Virus record (IMG/VR): IMGVR_UViG_3300037440_000087
Span: 1-44,301 of that record
Strand: one strand, 5' to 3'
DNA length: 44,301 nucleotides
Source: a virus
Taxonomy: Duplodnaviria > Caudoviricetes
Below are positions 27,422-36,043 of this stretch, piece by piece. Position 1 is the first letter of the stretch. Each line of letters opens with the position of its first letter. The position numbers and the translations under genes were made by a program. Below the pieces are notes generated by a model. That model did not search any database. It saw only the letters and a list, made by a program, of their open reading frames with translations, and was not told where the DNA came from.

Positions 27422-27430
27422 ACTATATCA
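27422..27430 (-). promoter_or_regulatory. Extended -10 promoter candidate (TGATATAGT)
   Basis: Immediately after the terL stop, upstream of the portal RBS. Confidence 0.55.
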
Positions 27431-28855
27431 TCAAAGTAAGCCATACTGGTTCAACTCTTTGTTCATACTGGACTCTGGAACAGATTCATCGGTCTGATGC
27501 CCGAATTTGAAGAAGAGTTCTAGGTATCGAAGGGCATCTAGACTGTCATCATGGCGCTTTTCAGGCAGTTCTGACGGCGGCCGGTCTTCTTTTATCTCCT
27601 TGTAACGGTAGTGGGTCCAGTCGTAGATAGTCCGTTTGCAGTTGTTGGCTACATAGTAGTTAGGTTTGGGTTCCCCTATAATCTGGACTTTGGGCTTCAA
27701 TCTCTTTCTAAGGAGGTCTATACCTGACGTGATAGAATTCTGCTTCTTAGGGCTGGGTACTACCGGCAAAGCCTGCGAGGCCATCCAGTCGATTAGGTCA
27801 GGGCGGGCCGAATCAGCTATTATCGCCGACAACTTGCGGTCGCCCAGTTTGTACTTCATTTCGGCTATGGCATCTTCTAGCTGGATACCGGTACCATGGA
27901 TTTCATCCCACTGGTACCAGACGTTATCACGGGTAATCCGGACGAAACACATGGCTAGCGGATGCCCTTCGGCGAATCCGAAGTCTAGGGCTATGTAATC
28001 GGTACCTTCATTCGGTACTTCACTCGGTTTAACGACATGTATTTCCCGGTTAAACATCGGGTAAACGGCACCCTGCTGGGTAAACGGTATAAGTTCATGC
28101 TCTTGTAAGAAGGCCCCTAAACGGCCATCTTCTTCGGCCTCTCTGCGGACACGGGCTACCTCAGCCGGTTTAATTTTGGGATTATCCCGCCAAGTGGCTT
28201 TGGAATAATACCAGCGTTTGTTGACTGAGTCGTGCTCGTCTTCCGATGGCTCTAGGAAACCTTTAGGATTGTCTTCGTAACGGGTACGGGCTCTCTCCAA
28301 CAGTTCATTCCATTCGTCCCTATCTTTAGCGGTACCCATAAAGCAGGCCCAACCGCCGGTAGTCAGCAGCATCGGCTCGTAAACGAACTGCCAGCCGTAA
28401 CTGTCCTGGTCCTGATACTCATCGAAAATCATTCCAAAAGACTCGCCACCACGGTGGGAGTCAGCCTTATCGGAACCTAGCAGCCGGATTGAGCTAGGCG
28501 GGCGTTTTTCATCCGGTACTAATTCCACTACTCCCCAAGGAAACTCCACCTGACCGGCAAAATGATGGAAGGTAACGGTTAGAGTAGACTTATTCACCTC
28601 TTTAATAAGCTGTTTGGGAATCAAATGGAGATACTGGTTCCAGGAAACGGTTTCAGCTTGCTGGTACTCCTTAAAGATGATGTGATGCGGCCCTTGGTTT
28701 AACATGCAGGACCACATCAGATGCTGGATACTCCAGAGAGTTTTGCCGGTACGACGGGACCAGTAAAGAAGGCCCCGCTTGTAATCTTCTATTAAGAAGG
28801 CCCGATGGGCATTTATTTGGGTATCGAACGGCTGGTAATCAACAGTGTCCCGCAC
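27431..28855 (-). CDS. terL: Terminase large subunit
   Basis: SRRTGKT Walker A, MIFDEY Walker B, MGTA, LDFG, ADSA and HDDSLDALRY nuclease motifs. Confidence 0.95.
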   Translation of the reverse strand: MRDTVDYQPFDTQINAHRAFLIEDYKRGLLYWSRRTGKTLWSIQHLMWSCMLNQGPHHIIFKEYQQAETVSWNQYLHLIPKQLIKEVNKSTLTVTFHHFAGQVEFPWGVVELVPDEKRPPSSIRLLGSDKADSHRGGESFGMIFDEYQDQDSYGWQFVYEPMLLTTGGWACFMGTAKDRDEWNELLERARTRYEDNPKGFLEPSEDEHDSVNKRWYYSKATWRDNPKIKPAEVARVRREAEEDGRLGAFLQEHELIPFTQQGAVYPMFNREIHVVKPSEVPNEGTDYIALDFGFAEGHPLAMCFVRITRDNVWYQWDEIHGTGIQLEDAIAEMKYKLGDRKLSAIIADSARPDLIDWMASQALPVVPSPKKQNSITSGIDLLRKRLKPKVQIIGEPKPNYYVANNCKRTIYDWTHYRYKEIKEDRPPSELPEKRHDDSLDALRYLELFFKFGHQTDESVPESSMNKELNQYGLL

Positions 28856-28860
28856 CGCAT

Positions 28861-29679
28861 CTATACCTTACCCCTAAGCTGGTCAAATGGGATTCTCTGT
28901 GGATTTTCGGAACTAATCTCGTAAACTTCCACCAAACGATTGCCAATCACAGCTTCCTTCTTATTGGACTCTAATTTGGTACTTTTAGGCGGGTAGAAAG
29001 CATCGAACAACCAGTCACGGATACGGAGGTAACGCATTTCATCTAAGAAAGGCTTATGGGCTTCAGCTGGTACTTCCACACCCTGCTCTTTAGCAATCTC
29101 TAGGGCAGCCTGCGGGTCTTCAAAGAAGGAGCCTTTACAGATGACGTAACGCTTATCGGTAGGCTCCCCGCTAACTTCGTCTTCTACCACCTTAATCAGC
29201 TTGATTTGGAACTTTGGTTCCCTCATATTTAGGCCGTCTTTGGTCTCATAACTGACGGTCTTAACTTCCCAGCTAAGCTCGAACCAGTCGGAGTTGAAAC
29301 CTTTCAGTTGTAAGCGGCGTTCACCGAACAATCTCTCTCTAGGGTCCGGGTAATCGGAAGCTACTATTGAGTGTTTGGTAACGGTCCCGACAATCCCCCG
29401 TGATGTTACTTGGGCTCCGGCGTCTTGCGGGGGGGTAGTTGCAAACTTCCTAACTAAATCTTCTAACTCCCTAACTCTAGCCCGTAAATCACCGGCTTCT
29501 TCGTTAGCCGGCATGCTCTTTTCCAACTGCTCCCCTTCGGTAGGTAGCGGAATATTCTTCTCTAAAGTCGGCTGCGGAGACTTGTCTGCCGGCACTTTCT
29601 TCCCCTTAGCTTCCCTAGCGGCCTTCATCTTAGCCCCGAAAGCCTTCCGCTGCTCCTCGGTCCATTTTCTTTTTGCCAT
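28861..29679 (-). CDS. Hypothetical protein between terS and terL
   Basis: 272 aa; basic N-terminal helix WTEEQRKAFGAKMKAAR. Confidence 0.7.
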   Translation of the reverse strand: MAKRKWTEEQRKAFGAKMKAAREAKGKKVPADKSPQPTLEKNIPLPTEGEQLEKSMPANEEAGDLRARVRELEDLVRKFATTPPQDAGAQVTSRGIVGTVTKHSIVASDYPDPRERLFGERRLQLKGFNSDWFELSWEVKTVSYETKDGLNMREPKFQIKLIKVVEDEVSGEPTDKRYVICKGSFFEDPQAALEIAKEQGVEVPAEAHKPFLDEMRYLRIRDWLFDAFYPPKSTKLESNKKEAVIGNRLVEVYEISSENPQRIPFDQLRGKV

Positions 29680-30054
29680 GTTCTACCCTTCTAATAAAAT
29701 GTTAGTTATTTTTTTAAGAGTTTTTCTTTTACTAAAATAGTAACTCATTACACCTAAAAAAACTAATAACGCGTCTAAAAGAGAATGAACGTTGACTATT
29801 CTACACTATTTTTTTACTTGACATGGGTTTATAGTCTTTCCTAGTAAGCTACCTACTAGGTAAGGTCATAATGTGGGTGGTGTGAGGTTAATTAGTACAA
29901 CCCCTAGTCATAAGACTACTTTAAGTTTCATTCGGTCAGTTCACCGATGAATACGTAGAACGATTCTCTCTCCTCGGGCTTTAGCCCGTGAGGAGATGAA
30001 TCTTTACCCTGATTCTTCACCGCTTTGCTATATATATGCATTTCACTTGGAACC

Positions 30055-30079
30055 AAAAACCCCCAGGGTAACGGGGGGT
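30055..30079 (-). terminator. Possible intrinsic terminator after terS
   Basis: ACCCCC/GGGGGT stem plus T run on the minus strand. Confidence 0.5.
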
Positions 30080-30122
30080 ATGGTAGTATGTAATAAATTT
30101 GTGTCTCTGTCTAGTTGGATAG

Positions 30123-30560
30123 CTACCGATTGGTGTCGGAGGCGTTAGCCTCCTTTTCACGTGAATCAGTAAGACTAAGAGCCAGCGTAACAGTGGTAGA
30201 TTGCTGTTCTACCCTCTGTGTAGGTTTACCGTGTACCCTGTCAAGTACATCTTTAGCTGCACTTACAGCTACCGCTGCATACTTAGCACCTTCAGGAGAG
30301 AATGTTTCTCCAAACTCTTCGCTGTACCCCATAACTTTAAGCATAGTATGCTCTGCTTGCTTGCTATGTTTTTGCAAATATGTCATAATTTTAGGTTTAT
30401 TTAGGTTTTCTGAACCAATCATTGCGGCGGTGCTATAGTCAGTGGTATCGTAAGTCTCTTTTACCGCTTGTGTGGTAGACATTTTGGGATTATCTAACAG
30501 CTTATCAGCAAAGGCTTTTTGTTTTCTAGTTAGTCCGTCCTTATCTTTTAACCAGGGCAT
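30123..30560 (-). CDS. terS: Terminase small subunit
   Basis: LTRKQKAFAD...TQAV...Y...GSENLNKPKI HTH pattern and LDRVHGKPTQ; start taken as the ATG at 30560. Confidence 0.85.
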   Translation of the reverse strand: MPWLKDKDGLTRKQKAFADKLLDNPKMSTTQAVKETYDTTDYSTAAMIGSENLNKPKIMTYLQKHSKQAEHTMLKVMGYSEEFGETFSPEGAKYAAVAVSAAKDVLDRVHGKPTQRVEQQSTTVTLALSLTDSREKEANASDTNR

Positions 30561-30565
30561 TTTAG

Positions 30566-30574
30566 TTATCCACA
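30566..30574 (+). promoter_or_regulatory. Consensus DnaA box TTATCCACA
   Basis: Exact match at the edge of the AT-rich divergent region. Confidence 0.45.
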
Positions 30575-30615
30575 ACTTATTGTATTTATTACTATGATTA
30601 TCTTATGTATATGTA

Positions 30616-30644
30616 TTGACATTATTGTCTTATTGGCTTATACT
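30616..30644 (+). promoter_or_regulatory. Early sigma70 promoter
   Basis: TTGACA-17 bp-TATACT. Confidence 0.85.
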
Positions 30645-30650
30645 TGTTAG

Positions 30651-31215
30651 TAAGATAAGTTAATACCTTATCTTGTCCCTTACAGTATACCACTTAGCGA
30701 ACACAAGGTAACACAGTCCGGTCACGTTTGAACCGCACAACCATCTTGCTTACTAGCTAACAAGGTATACTTAGGCGGTCAAAATTACATTTAACAAACA
30801 GGCACGGTCAGTAGCTGGATTAGCTGGATACGCTGCACAACGTAATACTTTTAACTGGGGTAGCCCTCAGGGTATAAGCGACGTGGCTTAAAGGGTAGCT
30901 AATTACTAAACAGACGAAAACCGTGGCGGTAAAGGTTACTTTGCCGGTGTTAAGTTCATTCACAACTAAGCAGATATAGCCACGCAAGCTACTAGGATAA
31001 TAAAGCCTACTTATCCTAGTTATAGGGATTAGTGCCGTATGCGTAATCGGATTTACACGTTATATACCCTAATTACTATCTGCTGGATAGCACACACCTA
31101 GACAAGCGAACGGCATTATTCATATGTTTACAAGGATTGAATCGTGCGTAACTAGCTTGTCGGCGGTGTATAGCTACCTAATGGCTTAGGCGGTTATACA
31201 CCGTGTAAACGGTGG
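30651..31215 (+). ncRNA. Candidate long structured RNA/leader
   Basis: No ORF in the track; many nested inverted repeats downstream of a strong promoter. Confidence 0.45.
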
Positions 31216-31238
31216 TAACAATTAAAGAAGGGTCAATA

Positions 31239-31361
31239 ATGACAGAGCGTCAAAAAAGAATAAAATCTAGGGAACGACAACATAAACTGATAGCTCTAGC
31301 CCTCTATTTTTCTATAGCTTACACCTTAATGTACGGATTTTTCGTGCAGTCGTGGTATTAA
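31239..31361 (+). CDS. Small single-TM protein, not in the ORF track
   Basis: 40 aa MTERQKRIKSRERQHKLIALALYFSIAYTLMYGFFVQSWY; AAGAAGGGTCA RBS-like motif. Confidence 0.6.
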   Translation: MTERQKRIKSRERQHKLIALALYFSIAYTLMYGFFVQSWY

Positions 31362-31392
31362 ATTTGGATAAGAAAAGGAGTGACAAAAACTA

Positions 31393-31590
31393 ATGTTAGC
31401 ACGCAAATATAGGGTGATAATGTATAACAAAATACACCCGAACGACAAGCAACCACGCCGGAATCAAAAACCGATACTGATATCTGAATACATGTCCGCC
31501 CGCAACTATGCCAGGTTACAGACAATCTGGAACGACAAAATAGGTTCGGGCAAGTTTTGGTATATTGAAGACTCCGCGGCAATTACCTAA
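31393..31590 (+). CDS. Hypothetical protein
   Basis: 65 aa; AAAGGAG RBS. Confidence 0.55.
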   Translation: MLARKYRVIMYNKIHPNDKQPRRNQKPILISEYMSARNYARLQTIWNDKIGSGKFWYIEDSAAIT

Positions 31591-31644
31591 AAGAAAGGAG
31601 TTGAACGACAAGCGTAATTAGTTATATGACGTATAACAAGTCGG

Positions 31645-31695
31645 TAGTTATCCAACTAGTTATCCAACTAGTTATCCAACTAGTTATCCAACTAG
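31645..31695. repeat. Tandem repeat, 4 x TAGTTATCCAAC
   Basis: Four exact 12-bp copies plus TAG; intergenic. Confidence 0.95.
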
Positions 31696-31726
31696 ATGCT
31701 ACCGCATCTAATTAAGAGAGGTCAAA

Positions 31727-33187
31727 ATGTCAAGTATAACAATAGACGACAAGTTAAAAGGCGCAACCAAAGCTATAGAGCGCATGGTAGCCAGCCAACA
31801 CCAGACCACCGGAATAAAAATAGAGTTTGAAGAGCAATTAGGACGGTTAAACGATATAAATAGTAACCAAAATGAGTGTGATGAGTGCGAAGGCTCAGGC
31901 GACAACAGTTGTCAAGTTTGCGGTGGTGATGAGTATATCCATGATGAAGAGCTAAACGAAGATATAGACTGTCCTAATGAAGATTGTGACAATGGTTATG
32001 TGCAGTGTGAATTCTGCCATGGTATAGGTCATTTTGAGGGCGATGGTGACCACCCCGAGTGGGGTAGTGAAGAGTATTGTAACAACTGGTGGAGTGACAA
32101 ATTAAAAGAGTTAGGGCTGCTTGGGCGTACGTCACCCCTAGTCTTCTACAAGTTCTACAACGACCACTCAGTAGACAGCGAACTAACTATTACCCTAGAC
32201 ACCAAAGACCCGGCTAAAACAGCGGAATACGCCCTAAAGCTGGTTCACGCTTGGAACGAATTTGCAGATGCTGTGGTAGCCGACACTGAAACAGAGCGTA
32301 ATATAGAGAATGCCGGTATGCACATTGCTATCCTAAATACCCCCGAGGCAAATTATAGTCCAGGTCACACGATAGGCAAGGGGTACGACAACATAAGGTA
32401 TGCCAACTTTAAAAGAAGCATGACCTTGCTTATGCCTGCCTTATTCTTTCTAAGTTCAGTTGACGATAAAAGCAGGCGCATGGAATTTCGTAAACCAAAG
32501 ATAGTAGATAGTAACTTTGCTCCAAGAGGCGGTTACAACGAGTCCAAGTATGGGGCGATAAACTGGGCCTCTGGAGCGTTAGAATTTAGAGTCTTTGAAA
32601 CCTGCTATCAACGACCAGACGCCATACTAGACAATATATGTGTCATAGGTAAAGCCCTTAAGTACTGGACTAGGGCGTATACCAAAAACAATCTGTCTAA
32701 AATAGCCAACAACATACGGTTTGGACAAGATAACAGCGACAAACTAGACAGATTGTTTGTTACTACTGAACATATAAACCTGCTTAATAAAGGCTTAAAC
32801 CTCTTAAAACCAGACTATTACACCATAGGCGAGCTTAAAAAACAGCGTGGCTTTACGGTAACGGTTTATAAAACCAAAAACATTACCAAACAATTTGAAC
32901 AAGAAGCCAAAGAGCAATATAAAGAGTACGAAGAACGGTTTAGATGGGATTTAGTAATCAGGCGGACAGAATATATATCACGTAAAGTTGGCGATTATGT
33001 TAATAACATGAGAAGCGGAATGACCGCCCGGCTAACCGAATCTGAGGTTATAGCCATGGCTGAAAAAGACGCCGAAGAAGATATTAAACGGCGGGCTGAG
33101 AACAAAGTACCGCTAGATGACTACGTTAAGGACCACATTAGTAACAAATTACGTAATTCAATGGGTGACTTCAGGTTGTCAGTTTAA
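31727..33187 (+). CDS. Putative amidoligase (COOH-NH2 ligase, Amidoligase_2-like) with Zn-finger insert
   Basis: GIKIEFE, DHSVDSE, AGMHI, KYGAIN and ALEFRVF motifs; CxxC repeats near the N-terminus. Confidence 0.7.
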   Translation: MSSITIDDKLKGATKAIERMVASQHQTTGIKIEFEEQLGRLNDINSNQNECDECEGSGDNSCQVCGGDEYIHDEELNEDIDCPNEDCDNGYVQCEFCHGIGHFEGDGDHPEWGSEEYCNNWWSDKLKELGLLGRTSPLVFYKFYNDHSVDSELTITLDTKDPAKTAEYALKLVHAWNEFADAVVADTETERNIENAGMHIAILNTPEANYSPGHTIGKGYDNIRYANFKRSMTLLMPALFFLSSVDDKSRRMEFRKPKIVDSNFAPRGGYNESKYGAINWASGALEFRVFETCYQRPDAILDNICVIGKALKYWTRAYTKNNLSKIANNIRFGQDNSDKLDRLFVTTEHINLLNKGLNLLKPDYYTIGELKKQRGFTVTVYKTKNITKQFEQEAKEQYKEYEERFRWDLVIRRTEYISRKVGDYVNNMRSGMTARLTESEVIAMAEKDAEEDIKRRAENKVPLDDYVKDHISNKLRNSMGDFRLSV

Positions 33188-33215
33188 CAATAAATTAGGA
33201 AGAGAGGTCAAACAT

Positions 33216-34346
33216 ATGTGCGGAATCGTATACCAGCACAGCTTAGAAGGCAAGCCGGTCAATGACAGCTTGCTTACCGTGTTCGACAAACAAAGAAACA
33301 GAGGTACAGAGGGTTTCGGTCTGTTCGATGGGCTTAAAAACCATATCGTAAAAACCCCAAACGAAAACAAAATAATCGAGTGGTTATGTAAATTTGACAG
33401 CAGTATGTTGTTATTCCACCACAGATACCCGACATCAACTATCAATACTAAACGGACAGCCCACCCCCATAGCACCGGCGATTACTTCGGTAAAACGCAG
33501 TACGTGCTAGTCCATAACGGCGTGATTAGCAATGACGAAGAACTACACGAAGCGCATGCCAAAATGGGTATCACCTATGGTAGTGAAACCGAAGAGAACG
33601 GCTATAACGACAGTGAAGCCCTGTTATGGGACGTAGCCTTGGTCTTAGAGGGCAAACGAAAGAAACTTAAAGCTAGGGGCGGTATCGCCTTTATCTGTAT
33701 CAAGGTGGTCAAAGGCAAGCCGGAGAAGCTGTACTTTGGGCGAAACAGCGATAAACCGTTAAAAATGTTCAGGCGTTCTAAAGCCTTTTGGCTATCGTCT
33801 GAAGGCTTAGGCGATGATATTAAGACCAACACCCTCTACACCTACAACTACGCCTTAAAGAGGCTTACGACACGCCACCTGGACATTCCGTTATATGCTA
33901 AGCCTTCGAGCAACTACTCTTGGAAGGGTTACACCCATAAGCCGTACGCACCGCCTAGCTACGAATATAACGCCAAGTCGCAAATGTATTTGCCAAACTG
34001 GTTGTATGGCGATGACGAATATGACGGCGGGTACGATGAAGATAATCTAACCAACTACTACAGTAGTGATGATGAAGACGTACTAGACCTGAAACTAGAG
34101 TATCTACTCAAATATAACGGCAATTTTGAAGGGGCATACTGGGCGCTAGAATCTGCTTATTGCGACCATCTAGAGATTGAACCGCAACCCTACTCGACCG
34201 ACTCTGTAGAATGGAAGCGGCAAAACAAAGTTTACGAACGCACCATGACTTCTATGCAATACGATGAAGAGTATATAGACGAAACAAGCGTATCTAGCGC
34301 GGTAATAGAATACTGGGAGGAGCAGGCATGTCAACTAGCAGTTTAA
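33216..34346 (+). CDS. Class II (Ntn) glutamine amidotransferase
   Basis: True start MCGI at 33216 after the RBS; RGTEGFG, HHRYPT, AHPH, VHNGVI and DSE motifs. Confidence 0.9.
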   Translation: MCGIVYQHSLEGKPVNDSLLTVFDKQRNRGTEGFGLFDGLKNHIVKTPNENKIIEWLCKFDSSMLLFHHRYPTSTINTKRTAHPHSTGDYFGKTQYVLVHNGVISNDEELHEAHAKMGITYGSETEENGYNDSEALLWDVALVLEGKRKKLKARGGIAFICIKVVKGKPEKLYFGRNSDKPLKMFRRSKAFWLSSEGLGDDIKTNTLYTYNYALKRLTTRHLDIPLYAKPSSNYSWKGYTHKPYAPPSYEYNAKSQMYLPNWLYGDDEYDGGYDEDNLTNYYSSDDEDVLDLKLEYLLKYNGNFEGAYWALESAYCDHLEIEPQPYSTDSVEWKRQNKVYERTMTSMQYDEEYIDETSVSSAVIEYWEEQACQLAV

Positions 34347-34885
34347 GCGCTAAAAAGTCCGAAGCTAATATCTTAAAGGCGGTTTTAACTATCCGTGAAC
34401 TGCTTTTAGATTATTACAAAGGGAAGGTAACGCAACCCTTGGCTGAAAGAAACAACATACGAGTCGTTTACGAGCAGAGAACATACCCCACCGGACGACC
34501 TAACCGCTACGAGCGGGAACGATTTGCCAACCGTAAAGAAGGTCAACTATACGTAGGTGACCAGCCAATAATGAGCCTATCTAAAAATGACGTGGCAGAG
34601 GTAAAAATCTATGACGACATATTACTAAGAAGCCCGCAACTAACAGCCATAAAGATAGAAGTTGACAGATTTCTGAATACTTACTTACAGAGCATACCTG
34701 TGAAACGCCGGAACGCCGCTGGTAGGCGGGAGAGCGGCGTTAATGACGACAAATTAATAGCCAAAGCTATCGAAGAGCGTAGCGGCAATAGTTGGAACAA
34801 CGAGAGGGTCTATAACGGTGACTCGATGGAACAAATGGTGAGGGATTACAACGAATACATCGTAAGAATGCGACCAAACTTTTAA
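34328..34885 (+). CDS. Hypothetical protein in the amidoligase cluster
   Basis: 185 aa; GGAGGAG RBS; overlaps the GATase end. Confidence 0.7.
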   Translation: MSTSSLSAKKSEANILKAVLTIRELLLDYYKGKVTQPLAERNNIRVVYEQRTYPTGRPNRYERERFANRKEGQLYVGDQPIMSLSKNDVAEVKIYDDILLRSPQLTAIKIEVDRFLNTYLQSIPVKRRNAAGRRESGVNDDKLIAKAIEERSGNSWNNERVYNGDSMEQMVRDYNEYIVRMRPNF

Positions 34886-34942
34886 CTAACCGGAAAGCCA
34901 GAACCTCGTAGGCTAACGCCTACGGAGAAAGAGGACAATAAG

Positions 34943-35665
34943 ATGTTAAAAATATGCTACTCAAAGAAGTCCGAACCGTCAGCCCGGCTCATAGCCGAAG
35001 CTGGTGGTTTTGAGGCGGTCAGGTCTAGCCACGGCGACATCAATTGGGGAAGGAATGACGCTAACACCAGGCTCAACGCCGATACCAGCAGGGTAACGAA
35101 TAAAAGGGTAATGCGACAGTTGTTTGCCGAGGCAAGAATACCCATGCCAGAGCTGATAGACAATCCAAGAAGAGCGGTTAGAGCCGGAACCTCACAGCCT
35201 GGCGGCTGCGGAGACGGCAGGGTAATAGTAGGCAGACCGGACTACCATTCCAAAGGCAGAGGCTTTTGGCTTTGTAAAAGCCTCAGGGACGTTGAGAGGG
35301 CTTTAGACGGTACAAGGCTAAAGAAACCCGCCACGCACTTTATGGAGTTCATACAAGCCCCCTACGAGCTTAGAGCGCATGTTTTTATGGGCAAGAGTAT
35401 CCGCATAAGCCTAAAAGATATAAGCGGGCGGGAAGGCAACCACAATATCTACACCACAGCCAAACCCCCCAAACATCTAAGGGACTTGGTAAGAGAGCCA
35501 GCTAAAAGGGCGGTTGAAGCAGTCGGTTTAGACTTCGGAGCTGTAGACATTCTAGCCACCGACACAGAGTGTTGGGTGCTAGAAGTCAATTCAGCCCCCG
35601 GAGTCGGTGGTACAATGCCGGAGTTGTACGCCAGAGTGTTCAAAGACTGGAAGGAGAATGATTAG
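34943..35665 (+). CDS. ATP-grasp ligase (RimK-like)
   Basis: HSKGRG, EFIQAPYELRAHV, GLDFGAVDI and VLEVNSAPG motifs. Confidence 0.9.
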   Translation: MLKICYSKKSEPSARLIAEAGGFEAVRSSHGDINWGRNDANTRLNADTSRVTNKRVMRQLFAEARIPMPELIDNPRRAVRAGTSQPGGCGDGRVIVGRPDYHSKGRGFWLCKSLRDVERALDGTRLKKPATHFMEFIQAPYELRAHVFMGKSIRISLKDISGREGNHNIYTTAKPPKHLRDLVREPAKRAVEAVGLDFGAVDILATDTECWVLEVNSAPGVGGTMPELYARVFKDWKEND

Positions 35666-35708
35666 CCTACTAGGCTGCGCCATTAGCAGGTTATTAAAAG
35701 AACGCAAA

Positions 35709-35742
35709 AACCCTTGCTTTTTACGACAAGGGTTGTTACGAT
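35709..35742 (+). promoter_or_regulatory. Promoter with overlapping palindromic operator
   Basis: TTGCTT-17 bp-TACGAT with TG extension; AACCCTTG-N10-CAAGGGTT inverted repeat at 35709-35734. Confidence 0.6.
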
Positions 35743-35749
35743 TTCATTG

Positions 35750-36008
35750 TGACAAACAAAATTCATAGACATCATAACGAAGTTTAGCCCCACTGTCAAG
35801 TAGACAAAGGGGATTTTGTTTGTTCATAACTAAAAAATAACTAGGTGGTGTTATACGAACACCTAACCAACAAAGACGTACGTTTAAGAACAGACTAAAA
35901 ACCCAGGCTCTGGCAGCCCCCCTAGAAGTCCAACCTGGTCTCCAGCCTGTTCTTAAACCCCCGACCTAGTTCATCAGCCGCCCTAGCTCTGACTGGAGTA
36001 AGGGGGCG
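35750..36008. ncRNA. Candidate structured RNA
   Basis: 11-bp, 8-bp and 12-bp perfect inverted repeats, partly nested; no ORF. Confidence 0.4.
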
Positions 36009-36043
36009 TAATGGGAAAAATATGTATTTTAGAGAGGTCTTTT

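Noticed and set aside
31645-31695. Possible CRISPR mini-array
   Set aside because: 12-bp units are directly adjacent with no spacers.
33117-33215. N-terminal extension of the GATase in the ORF track
   Set aside because: Class II GATases need Cys at position 2. The RBS and MCGI place the start at 33216.
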